A stretch of 64,000 bases of DNA from Andalucia godoyi And28 (Eukaryota > Protista > Jakobida), in assembly GCA_009859145.1 (NCBI GenBank), contig VRVR01000037.1:181885-245884 (forward strand), read 5' to 3'. This document shows, piece after piece, positions 1 through 9,465 of this stretch. Both the position numbers and the translations under genes were made by a program. The notes beneath the pieces were generated by a model that ran no database searches, was not told the origin of the DNA, and was given only the letters and a program-made list of their open reading frames with translations. Positions within the stretch are counted from its first letter, which is position 1, and each line of letters starts with the position of its first letter.

Positions 1-444
1 AGCGTTTTGGATTTCGTTTCAAGATTCGTCAAGGAAGTGATGGACGAGTCGCAGTGTGCTCTGATGTTCACTTCCTTTGTGGACAAACACTGCCAAGTGG
101 ATCATACAGGCGTGGCGTCGTCGACGCCGAGGATCTTTGATGTTGAAGGGCTGTTTGTGGCATTGCATCTGCTCATTTCAAAGATGGCTTGGCCGGCGCC
201 AGAGCAGGTGGATGCGGGAGGCAAGACTGCCGAAGTTGCTGCCGTTTCCAAATTGTTGCAGGTGCTGACGTCCGTGGCAGAGAAGCACACCAAAAGCGTC
301 AAGTTTGGGACGCTTCTTGTAGCAATTGGATCAAGGTCCTTTCTTGTGCTTGATGATGCAGGAAGACGCATGTTCCAGCAGTGCATATCTGCACACTCGT
401 CCATGATGAAGCGGGCGTGCTCCAAGTTCTTGGCACCCGTTTGA
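1..444 (+). CDS. 3' end of a gene entering from the left edge; helical C-terminus resembling the FANCE C-terminal domain
   Basis: Frame is open from base 1 to TGA at 442-444. The C-terminal KSVKFGTLLVAIGSRSFLVLDDAGRRMFQQCISAHSSMMKRACSKFL follows the pattern of the FANCE C-terminus (S-x-x-F/Y-x-x-L-L...T-F-L/M-K-x-x-x-x-x-L). Coding is likely; the identity is tentative. Confidence 0.45.
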   Translation, partial: SVLDFVSRFVKEVMDESQCALMFTSFVDKHCQVDHTGVASSTPRIFDVEGLFVALHLLISKMAWPAPEQVDAGGKTAEVAAVSKLLQVLTSVAEKHTKSVKFGTLLVAIGSRSFLVLDDAGRRMFQQCISAHSSMMKRACSKFLAPV

Positions 445-776
445 CGGATCACCCGAGCGTTTTGAGCATGATTCAGTTGCCGCCTGACTCGATGTCCTCC
501 GTCCCGACTTCCGAGTTGTCCGTTCCTTGCATGCGGTTCCTTGACTGCAGATCTCAAGATTGGTTTTCCGGTTTTTTTTTTTTTCTGGGCGAAGCTTGCA
601 ATGGAAGACGAATGATTTTGGTTTGACGATGATTTTTCTTCTTTTCTTCTTTTATATGTATTTGTTTTTGTTGTGAGCATTTTTACGCGTTTCAGCGTCA
701 CACAGCACATTCTCACACGGAAAGCAACAGTATGTGAGGATCCCTGTCGTGAGAGCCTTATCCAGTAAACCGTCAG

Positions 777-806
777 GAGCCGCGAGCCGTGAGCCGCGAG
801 CCGTGA
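777..806. repeat. Short tandem repeat (GAGCCGC/GAGCCGT), four 7-bp units
   Basis: gagccgc gagccgt gagccgc gagccgt ga read directly. Confidence 0.9.
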
Positions 807-1090
807 TCAAGACTCAGTAGGTGCTTTACTTGCGTTAGTGCGTCCCATGATTTATTATTATTATTCTTCTTCCTTGGCTCGAATGCCGAAGCTTCCGTAG
901 TACAACGTCACATGCGGATATAACCCTCCAACCCCAAACGTCTGGTGGACGGCTGTGACGTTATCGGATAGTATGGCTGAAGGTGTGCAGGTCAAGGGAC
1001 AACCGATTCCTTGTAATCGCTGGTGGGCGCTGATGCTGACTGTAAAAATAAATAAAAAGTCACTTTATGCCGAAAAATCTGTTTGAGGCT

Positions 1091-1157
1091 GCCATGTCAG
1101 CAGAAAGAATTTGATGTTTCTAGTGTCTCAGTGTCAGTCCTCTGACATAGCACATTT
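1091..1157 (+). ncRNA. Candidate H/ACA-type guide RNA hairpin ending in an ACA box
   Basis: Stem gccatgtc(ag)/(ct)gacatagc is followed directly by ACA (1152-1154) and ttt. The internal-loop strands aagaattt and cctct are complementary to the conserved eukaryotic SSU rRNA segment AGAGG-UG-AAAUUCUU. Confidence 0.3.
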
Positions 1158-1419
1158 TCCCTTGTTATTTGTTATCGAGTTCGCTTTGCAATGACAGGGC
1201 GCCACCACCAAGTCATTCGCGAAAGTGACTCTTACCAATGACTGCTCGATAGCCGGAAGTCCACTACCTGTCTCTCTACCCTCTTTTCTCTCTCTCCTTT
1301 TCTTTTCTTCTGTGTATGTCTGTCCGATTTGCCTTTTTCTCTCGTGGTTCCTCTTTCACTCTCTGGGGTTTTTCTTTCTTCTGAATTGTTGAGAACTTTC
1401 ATCCACCGGAGCTGAAGAA

Positions 1420-2700
1420 ATGACTGACGACTCAATGGTTGTGGAGGCTACAAGGCTTCTCGAGCACTACTTGTCTCCGCAGAATCTTGCAGCCGATTCT
1501 TTTTTGGTCTCACATTTGGATTCCGAGAATTTCGTTCCTTTGTCAGTGCTTTCGACATTCCCCCTTCTGAAGGAGCTGAATGCGTCGAGTGAGCTGCTTG
1601 TGAAGGCAACTCGTGCATCGTCTCATCTCGAACTCTCAGCTTCGGAATCGGGTGTCCGTCAAAAGGAGTTCCAAAAGCCCAAGCGAACTACCATCATTTT
1701 GCGCGATGTTCCTTCAGAAGTGAGTGCAGAAAAGATGGAAATAAGAAACGTCTTTGGAGATGCAAAGGACGAAATCACGTCAATCCGGGACGAAGTTGGA
1801 GGAAATGTGTTTGTCACCTTTGGAAACGCAACCGAGCAGAGAGTTTGCGAAATCTTCTTTTCTATTCGTGAAAAGCAACTTGGCGGAAAGCCAGTTCAGG
1901 CGCGCATTAAAAACGAGACAATTGTCAGAGTCTCGCACTCCGTTGGTGGAAATTCGACGAATGTTTCCCCTGTCAACAACAGCACGTCCAGTGGCTCGAT
2001 TCCCACTGGTTTTGGAATGAGCATTGGTGCAGGGCAATCGAATGCGAACACTGCACCTCGGTTTGCGTATTCTGGGAATGCGCAGCCCTCTGGTAGCAGG
2101 CGTGGAAACCGCGGCGGAAGTAGCAGCAGCAGCAACAGCAGCAGCAGTAGTGGTGGTGTCGCAGTGCCCACCACCAGCTCAGCAGCTGGTGTTGTCTCCA
2201 GCACTTCTGCGATCGGTGTTTCGCAGTCCAATACCAATGGTACAAATGCGAACAATCCTTCAAGAAGTTCCCATGCTCGCACACATCGTAACAACAACTC
2301 GACTGCACACGGATCAAGCAGTCAAGGCAGTTCGCAAGTCGTTGTACCCGTGACCTCGACTGTTCCAATGGCGCCTGTACAGAGCGACAAGCCGTCTGCA
2401 CAAGATGTACAGTCCCTGAACACCGGAAGCAGCCAGTCCCAAGGAGGAAAGCGCGAGAAGCGAAGAAGAGGATCGTCCGCGGACAAGAAGGACGGCACTG
2501 CTGCTTTGGGAGCTGTTGCTCCTTCGGGAGGAAATGCTGGCCGTGGACGTGCTGGATCTTCCAACAATCGCGGATTCTTGTCAACGGACTTTCCCCCGCT
2601 GAACCAAAATGGCACCGCTGCCGTTCCTAGTGCAGCGTCTGTGGTATCGTCTTCTGCTGCACCTTCCGCTCAAAGAGGTTCTGCCAATGTTTCTTCTGGC

Positions 2701-2741
<41 letters not shown>

Positions 2742-3324
2742 TTCTTCTTCTGCGTCATCATTGACACCCTCTTCAGCTGTGGGTGCTCAGGAACCGACTG
2801 TCCAGGAGACATCCGAATCAGCAGCCGCAGCTGTTCCGAAGATCCATCACTTGTCTTTCGCTGCGGTTGCGAACGCTCCGTTTTCCGAGTCGCATTCAAC
2901 GGCAGGTGTGTCGTCCAATGCTCCATCGCTGTCGTCCTCGAGTGGATCACGAGCGGTCGCAAGCAAGGAGAAGGATCGAAAGAAACCCGCATCCAGCGAG
3001 CAGAAGAAACCAGAGGAGAAGGATAAGTCTGAGAAGAAGGACGAGGGTGTGAAGGGTGGTAAGCGAGATGAGCGTAGAAGGCGACGTCCCAGTCGCAAGA
3101 ATGAAGGTGAGGGTGATGTCTCCGCCTCCACCGCTGCCACTTCCGGTTCCGACGACGCTACTGCACCTGCTGGAGTTCCTGTTGTTTCGTCGTCGTCGTC
3201 GAATGTACCAACTTCCGGGAAGATTTCGTACGCTTCCATCTTGAAGCAACAGCAGGAGGAGAAGCAACGAAAGGCCGCCGCCGCCGCAGCAGCAGCTTCC
3301 AAATCTGCCGAAGAATCTGCTTAG
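1420..3324 (+). CDS. LARP4: La-related RNA-binding protein, LARP4-like (La motif + RRM, long Ser/Gly-rich disordered tail)
   Basis: La motif LEHYLSPQNLAADSFLVSHLDSENFVPLSVLSTFPLLKEL; RRM RTTIILRDVP...NVFVTF...GKPVQARIK as in LARP4; DFPPL and SYASIL motifs in the tail. Confidence 0.85.
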
Positions 3325-3885
3325 TGTTCTTATGATTCCGTTATCTGCTCCAGGTTACGCGTTTTGTCGTTTTGGATTTTGCCAACAACAAGTCGCATTG
3401 TGGAAAGGAATATGAAGAAGAGAAATCGAACACAGTGGAAGAGGAGCAGGAGCAGGAGCAGGTGAAGGAGAAGGAGAAAGGAGAAGGAGAAGGAGTGGTA
3501 CGCAACTATCTAGAGTCGTCAATGACGAGGGTACTATGTGAAAGATCAATATGTGTGAGGAAGAGAAAGGATTTTTTTTTGTTTTTTTTTTGTTTTGGGG
3601 AAGAGCAAGATCGGCGACATCGTTTTACTTCGAGAATGTGGAAGAGAATTGAGAACCAAAAAAAAAAAAAAAAAAGAGAAAAGAGAAAAAAGAAGAAGAA
3701 GGAAAGGAATGCCTTTACTATTGTCTAGAATGCGAAAAAGAAAAAAATATTTACAACATAAAGTAAAATGAAAAAAAAACGGGCGTCAGTCTCCAAGTCA
3801 TTTGACACGAGCGATGAGGTACGCTTAAATGACTATTCGACGATCACGGTCTTCATTGCACCGTGCACGTTTGCTTCATGATCCT

Positions 3886-5373
3886 TCATGACGGATCGGT
3901 GGTTCGGAAGTGGTCTCCTGTTACCTGGTGCCATTTCAAGGGATCTTCGCTTGAGAACGGAGTCCTGGGAGTGGCTCGTCGATCTGCACCAGACTTTGCA
4001 GTCTCAGAATCGATCATCACAAACGCTGTGCCTGATGCAACAGTTTCGTACGCCGGAACGCTAAAGGACCTATCTGCACTTGCAGACCGGTTCGCAGGGA
4101 CAACAGGTACGCTTTCAGACTCGGAAGGCCTGCTGCAATCCTGGGTGCTCAAAGATGCTTGCGAGGCTTCCGAAATCCGTTCTTGTGCAAGCGACTCGTT
4201 CGACCGCTTTCGCAACCGCTGTCGCTGAGAGACTTCTGGACCTTCTGGAGCCTGGACCAACGCTGCTGGACTGCTTTGAACCTGCGGATTTTGCAAAGGC
4301 ATCTGCAGCGTGGCAGAAAAGTTTGCAAACCTCGCTAGAGGTCCAGTGAGTGGAGGCGCGGACACCGGTCCAAGACGGGCATCCAGCGACGAGAAATCCC
4401 CAGTATCATTTCGACTTTCTCGCGATGCCTGTCGAGACCGCTTTCTGTCTCGCAGCGGCGGGGCACTCGAGCTCCTTGAGGAGCTGCACGGAGAGCTCAA
4501 GCCCCTTGGAGAATGGTGGACGTTTGCTGCAACAGACTCGGCAACAGGCTGTCCAGTCGAAAATGCTCGGGGACAGTCTAATTTCAAGAAGTAGTCGTCA
4601 GAGCTCTGCCAAAACCGTTTGCAGCAAAGAACCGAGACAGCAATCGAGAAATCCCTCAGCGGACGAAACTGGGAGTGACCGTTTGCGAGCGACCAGATCA
4701 AGTGATGCGCCCTCGGAGGCCGCAGCACAAATTCATCAACAATCGGATTTATGTACAAGGGCTCTTGGAATGGTGGGAATCTCCACTGCTGACGAAGATG
4801 CTGTTCGTGATAGTGATGGTGCAGCTGCTGGCGATGATGATGGTATTGTTGAAGAAGATACTGTTGCTGTAGCAGAAGCGCATTTTCGTCTCGCTCGTCT
4901 GCCAGAAAGCGCTTCAAGGCATTGCACGGGCGCCCCACTGCTACAATTAAATTTCTTGCGTCAGTGGCATGCAGTGATTGCAGAGGCTCCGACGACAAAG
5001 TTCTATACACAAGAGGATAGGTGGGCATTCCGTGCAGCGCACCATCAACATGCTCACGAGGAATGGTGAGCGCCGATCTGCTGTTTCGAGAACCCGAAGC
5101 TGGTGCTGCATCACGTACGGAGAGCACAGGAACCGGCAAGCCTCCAGGCCACGGGCTGCCTCGAGGTGGATGGGGATTAACGGCAGCGAACGGATCTACT
5201 GTTCTAGAGAACGCAGAGGCGGTGACATAGTAAGATTCTCGGTTGTGGATGCCTTCGGGACGAGGCTCCTGACCTGCATCTGTGGCACGTTCGTCCACCA
5301 AACTCGCTTCTCTCGGTTGGACATATCCAGAGGCCTGTTCTTTCTGAAGAACGGTTTGTCGGCGCTTCGGCAT
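3886..5373 (-). CDS. Hypothetical low-complexity protein with a Gln/His-rich tract
   Basis: About 1.5 kb open frame with first ATG at 5373 (the track start is a TTG). Ser/Pro/Arg-rich like neighbouring genes; no recognisable domain. Confidence 0.6.
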   Translation of the reverse strand: MPKRRQTVLQKEQASGYVQPREASLVDERATDAGQEPRPEGIHNRESYYVTASAFSRTVDPFAAVNPHPPRGSPWPGGLPVPVLSVRDAAPASGSRNSRSALTIPREHVDGALHGMPTYPLVYRTLSSEPLQSLHATDARNLIVAVGRPCNALKRFLADERDENALLLQQQYLLQQYHHHRQQLHHHYHEQHLRQQWRFPPFQEPLYINPIVDEFVLRPPRAHHLIWSLANGHSQFRPLRDFSIAVSVLCCKRFWQSSDDYFLKLDCPRAFSTGQPVAESVAANVHHSPRGLSSPCSSSRSSSAPPLRDRKRSRQASRESRNDTGDFSSLDARLGPVSAPPLTGPLARFANFSATLQMPLQNPQVQSSPAALVQAPEGPEVSQRQRLRKRSNESLAQERISEASQASLSTQDCSRPSESESVPVVPANRSASADRSFSVPAYETVASGTAFVMIDSETAKSGADRRATPRTPFSSEDPLKWHQVTGDHFRTTDPS

Positions 5374-5599
5374 AGAGTCAGGAGGGGATGCTTCTAGACC
5401 TACACTTTCCTGCCTTGTCTTGGCACAAATACACACAAAACGACCGGACTGAAACCCCGCAGACTGTTGACGAAATCGGCACAATGATGATACAACAACG
5501 CAGTGCAGAAGGATACCAAAGTGAGCACACTAGCACACAGAAGAGAGATATCTGACAGCAGAAAGGCGGATCAAAACGTTAAAAAAAGACAGCGAGGCC

Positions 5600-6870
5600 A
5601 GTTTGTACTCTGTTCGAAGATGCATTGGTAGTAGAAAAGCAGCTCCTAAGTAAACAACTTGCAGGGTCTTCCACTTACAAACTGCTTGCTAGTTACGTCT
5701 GCAGGCCCGAGGGGGGACGTCGTGGGCACAACGATGAGAAGCGGCTGATTATGTCTGGGTCCAGGGGGAGGAAATTCGTGTCGCGCAAAAACAATCCTTT
5801 TCGTGGCACGCTGTCTGGAACGGCACTGCAGCAGCAGCATCTCAGGGCGAGAAGGGTGCTCTCTCGGTCCTCGGATCTGCAAGGCTTGAAGGCTGAAAGC
5901 CACTCAAAAGACACTGTTGTGACGTGCGGTGCAACCTGGAATACCCCAACCCTCAGCTCATTCAGCTGGTGTTGCTGTCAGATCCCATCGAGCCAGCTCC
6001 GGAAAGTCGTGAGAGCACATCTTGCATCAGCAGCAATTCCAACATTTGCGAGGGTTCACGGGAAATCGGCGAATGGTGATTGGCGACTGGAGATGGTGCG
6101 ACCGACATTCGGCGTCATTTTGCTCTGTCGCGACAGGTGCATTGCCAACACAGCTCGTGGTCAGCGGTGGTGTGGTATTGGTCGTCTTTCTGCCTGAAAC
6201 TGTCATGATGTTGCCGTCGCCTATCTTTAGTTTCTCCGTGTCTGCTACGTCGCCCATCTCCGTGTCATGAAAGAACTTGACAAGTGTCGAATTTTGCTCA
6301 TACACCCGCGGTCTTGCTCCACTTCTTGGGAGCAGATATCCGATTGTAACTTGACAGGTTGGAGAGGTCAGAAAGTCCCAAGCCCCTGATCGTCACCACC
6401 ACTTGACGCATGAGCCGGCCGGGTGGGAACTGGGGAGACCAGCTGTGGGGCTCCGGAGTCAGCTCCGTGCAATTCAGCAAACAGCCAGCGGTCTGGCTCA
6501 AGTCTGCGCAGCTGCCCTTCTCAAAGCTTCGTGAAACCCAGAAGAGCTTGTATGGGCTCACCGAATGGCCAGTAGGCAACTCCCGGTTGCTACCAAGCCT
6601 TTCCGCCCTTGGAGACGGGGAGGGGTGGGGTGGTGTGTATGGCTGACGCAAAAGTGCTTGCCGTTTGAGAGAGCAGGGACACCCCCGGGGTGCAAGCCCC
6701 TGCCATTCCACACAGCTCGGTGTCATGTAGACCACGACCTGCAAATGCACGTCTGACTGTACCGCCTCGTTCAAAGCGGCGACACGAACGAAGCATTTTG
6801 GTAAGGCCGGGCCGCTGGGTGGGTCCTCCGTCCCTTCTCCCCAGAATAAAAAGGCTGCTTTCACACATGT
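5600..6870. other. Unresolved GC-normal/GC-rich region: short overlapping ORFs, possible pseudogene or structured RNA
   Basis: No frame longer than about 190 codons; several local hairpins in 6300-6600; flanked by AT-rich spacer-like sequence on both sides. Confidence 0.3.
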
Positions 6871-6968
6871 TCGTTTTTTTGTGCTGCTTCTTCGCTTTCT
6901 TTCTGTTGCTGCTTGCTGTTCTCTTCTGTCAGTTATCCTTTTTCATTGTTTTTTCCCCCCTCCAACTT

Positions 6969-8801
6969 TTACGCCACTTTTCTTTTCTTTGCATCCGCGT
7001 TCCTCCGGCGTTGCATGATCTCCTGAACACCCTCTGACTTTTTCATCTTCTTGAATTGTGGTGCTGTGGGATCCATCGCAAAGTCCGGATCGTGGATGAG
7101 CCCTGCAAAACGCTCATCCGCTGCATTGAGCGGCTTTGCCAACACTGCCCTTTCCCGTGCTTCTTCTTCGTCGTCATCGTCCTCGTCCATCGCACCTCTC
7201 TTCTTACTACTCTTCTTGTTCTTGTCCTTCTTGGACGACGATTTGGACTTCGCGGCGTTCTTCAGTCGATTCTGTTCTTCAATCTCTTCAAAGTCCTCCA
7301 TGTCCAAGTCGTCGTCATCGTTGTCCGACCCGGACGCATCGCTGCTGCTGAGAAGATCGCTCTTCCGGGCACCCTTCTTGAACTCTTTCGCCTGTTTCTT
7401 GGCTCCCTTTTTCTTTTCGTTGCGTTCACGAAGGTAGGTCTCCCACGTGGATTCTGCAGCCTTCTTTTCCTTGTCAACCATCTTTTTGGCAAGCCTGTCG
7501 CCAACGTCCTTCAGTCCCGACTGGAAAGTGACTTGCATGTCTCCCATCTTGTCTTCCTGCGCAGCCTCCTTGTCCAACGCCTTGATCAAGTCTCGGTACT
7601 TTGCTTTTCGAGTTTTTTTCCTTCCACCGGCGGCTGAGCCTGAGTCTGAGTCTGAGTCTGAGTTGGAACTCGAGTTGGAGGAAGAATCGCTGTCGTTTGC
7701 CGATTGCCCCCCGTCGTCGTCGTCGTCGTCGTCGTCGGATCCAGAGCCGATAAATGCGTTCAAGTCGTCTTCGATTTCCTTTTCCTTGGACCATTTTCGC
7801 CGCACCGCTTCCGTCATCACAGCAGTTCGCTTCGGATCCGTGCGCTCCCAAGTAAGCTCGACTTTGCTCGACTGCAGCGCCTTCGTAGCGAACTTGGGGG
7901 CCTTGTACTTACTCGGATCCATTTCTCGCAAATCGTCATACACACTCACATCTCGAGGCTTCTTCTTGTTGAACTTGACATCATCCGGCACAAACCGCAG
8001 ATCAAGCACATTGGACGATGCCTCGACTTCAAGACCATCGCATTCGTCATAGATCTTGGACCCAGTCTCTACAGAATCACACTCGGCAATTGCGTAGTAG
8101 TACCGGAGTTTCTGCACCTCGTACTTTCTCAATGCTGTTTGGTCCACCTCATTCTCGTCCGCACCGTCGGCCAAATCAGCTGCGGCTGCTGACACACCGA
8201 GCTGGGGTCCTTTTCGGGCTTCGAGCTCCATCATCTTTTCACCAAAGTCGGAAGGGTATACACTCACTCGCAATACATGGCCAGTGGAGGGCACAAAGGA
8301 CTCCAGAATGACATGGATATCTCGCGCCGACATGTTTTCCCAGTCCAGATTCTCAACTGCAAGTCTCCGAGTTTCGCAATTCTTCTTCACCACAAGATCG
8401 CCGTACAGCACCGCATATGAATCGTCTTCAAACTCTACATCGTCCAATGGATCATCGGAATCGGACGACTCGTGAGAACTCTCACTGCTGCCCTGGGACT
8501 TCTCCCCTTCCTCTGGCTCTTGATTCACCTTCCTTTGAACACTCTCACTCTCACTGTCACTGTCGCTGTCACTGTCGCTATCATCCTCGGATGCATGACG
8601 CGGCACAGCAACAGCAGTAGCACCATTCAGTGACCTTTGTACATCACGCACATGTTTTTGCGGCCTTTCCAACGGCTTTAGATCAACGAGCTTCTTCGAT
8701 GAAAAGCGCGAATCATCCGTTTTGTGGTTTTCCGACGAAGACTTGGTCTTGCGGAACCGCGGATCTGTCGCAATCTTTGAAAACCGAGCGTCAGGAAGCA
8801 T
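6969..8801 (-). CDS. ESF1: Pre-rRNA processing protein ESF1
   Basis: N-terminal DARFSKIATDPRF; core ETRRLAVENLDWENMSARDI...VSVYPSDFG...LRKYEVQKLRYYYA...SNVLDLRFVPDD...SKVELTWERTD; NUC153-type DERFAGLIHDPDFAMDPTAPQFKK. True ATG is at 8801; the track start reads through a repeat. Confidence 0.95.
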   Translation of the reverse strand: MLPDARFSKIATDPRFRKTKSSSENHKTDDSRFSSKKLVDLKPLERPQKHVRDVQRSLNGATAVAVPRHASEDDSDSDSDSDSESESVQRKVNQEPEEGEKSQGSSESSHESSDSDDPLDDVEFEDDSYAVLYGDLVVKKNCETRRLAVENLDWENMSARDIHVILESFVPSTGHVLRVSVYPSDFGEKMMELEARKGPQLGVSAAAADLADGADENEVDQTALRKYEVQKLRYYYAIAECDSVETGSKIYDECDGLEVEASSNVLDLRFVPDDVKFNKKKPRDVSVYDDLREMDPSKYKAPKFATKALQSSKVELTWERTDPKRTAVMTEAVRRKWSKEKEIEDDLNAFIGSGSDDDDDDDDGGQSANDSDSSSNSSSNSDSDSDSGSAAGGRKKTRKAKYRDLIKALDKEAAQEDKMGDMQVTFQSGLKDVGDRLAKKMVDKEKKAAESTWETYLRERNEKKKGAKKQAKEFKKGARKSDLLSSSDASGSDNDDDDLDMEDFEEIEEQNRLKNAAKSKSSSKKDKNKKSSKKRGAMDEDDDDEEEARERAVLAKPLNAADERFAGLIHDPDFAMDPTAPQFKKMKKSEGVQEIMQRRRNADAKKRKVA

Positions 8802-8810
8802 CTGCAAAAA

Positions 8811-8862
8811 ACAATAACAATAACAATAGCAATAACAATAACAATAACAATAATAATAATAA
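8811..8862. repeat. (AATAAC)n/(AAT)n microsatellite just upstream of ESF1
   Basis: acaataacaataacaatagcaataacaataacaataacaataataataat. Confidence 0.9.
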
Positions 8863-9465
8863 CCTATCCTCTTAATCCTGCACTCTTTCAAAAAGTACAA
8901 TCCTAATAATCAAACCATAAATCAGCAGACACACACATTATGCAGAAAAGGGCGAAAGAAAATGTGCATGGGCTCAATTGATGCTACGTTTCCCCTTTAA
9001 TTTCATCCGGAATTGCGGGGCATTGCCTGAAATGGAAATATGCTTACAAGTTTGATGGGCCGTTACTGATTGGGGAATGCGACGTGTTCATTATGCGGCG
9101 GTATGAGCAGACGAAGCCGAAGCAACGGCTTTCATAGGCTTTTACTTAGCGTGGCCCAAAGGAACAGAAGCGCAGCGAATGAGCTGAAAGAATCTTTGCA
9201 ACTGCATAACAGACGCTGAAAAGGATTCGTCGAAAGGGGAGGAAAAAAAAGAAGAAAAAGAGAAAACTTAGAAGATAATTCGTCCGTCCATTCGTACTAT
9301 CCGCATCATCATCATCATCGTCGTCGTCATCTAGCTTCCAACACAGCAGCAACTCTCTTCATTTTTTTCTCCCTTCGCTAATTTTGATTTGCATAGTTCC
9401 TGGGATAGTGGTCTGGTTAGCGGGTTTGTGGAGTGTGTGGTTGTCGATTCCGGACGGGTGTAAGT

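Noticed and set aside
975-1000. GCAGGTCAA as SRP RNA helix 8
   Set aside because: The paired AGG...GNRA...AGCAG symmetric-loop context is missing.
3372-3728. 118-aa Glu/Lys-rich ORF after LARP4
   Set aside because: Starts at TTG, is made of purine-rich simple repeats and A/T homopolymers, and sits between two convergent genes; probably 3' UTR.
3834-3995. Alternative -1 frame C-terminus for the 3886-5373 ORF (...MKDHEANVHGAMKTVIVE)
   Set aside because: Both frames read plausibly and there is no domain to decide between them; no evidence for a shift.
8802-8900. ESF1 N-terminal extension with YCYCYC repeat
   Set aside because: Read-through of a microsatellite from a non-ATG start. The TTG/GTG starts given by the track for other genes were likewise moved to the first plausible ATG.
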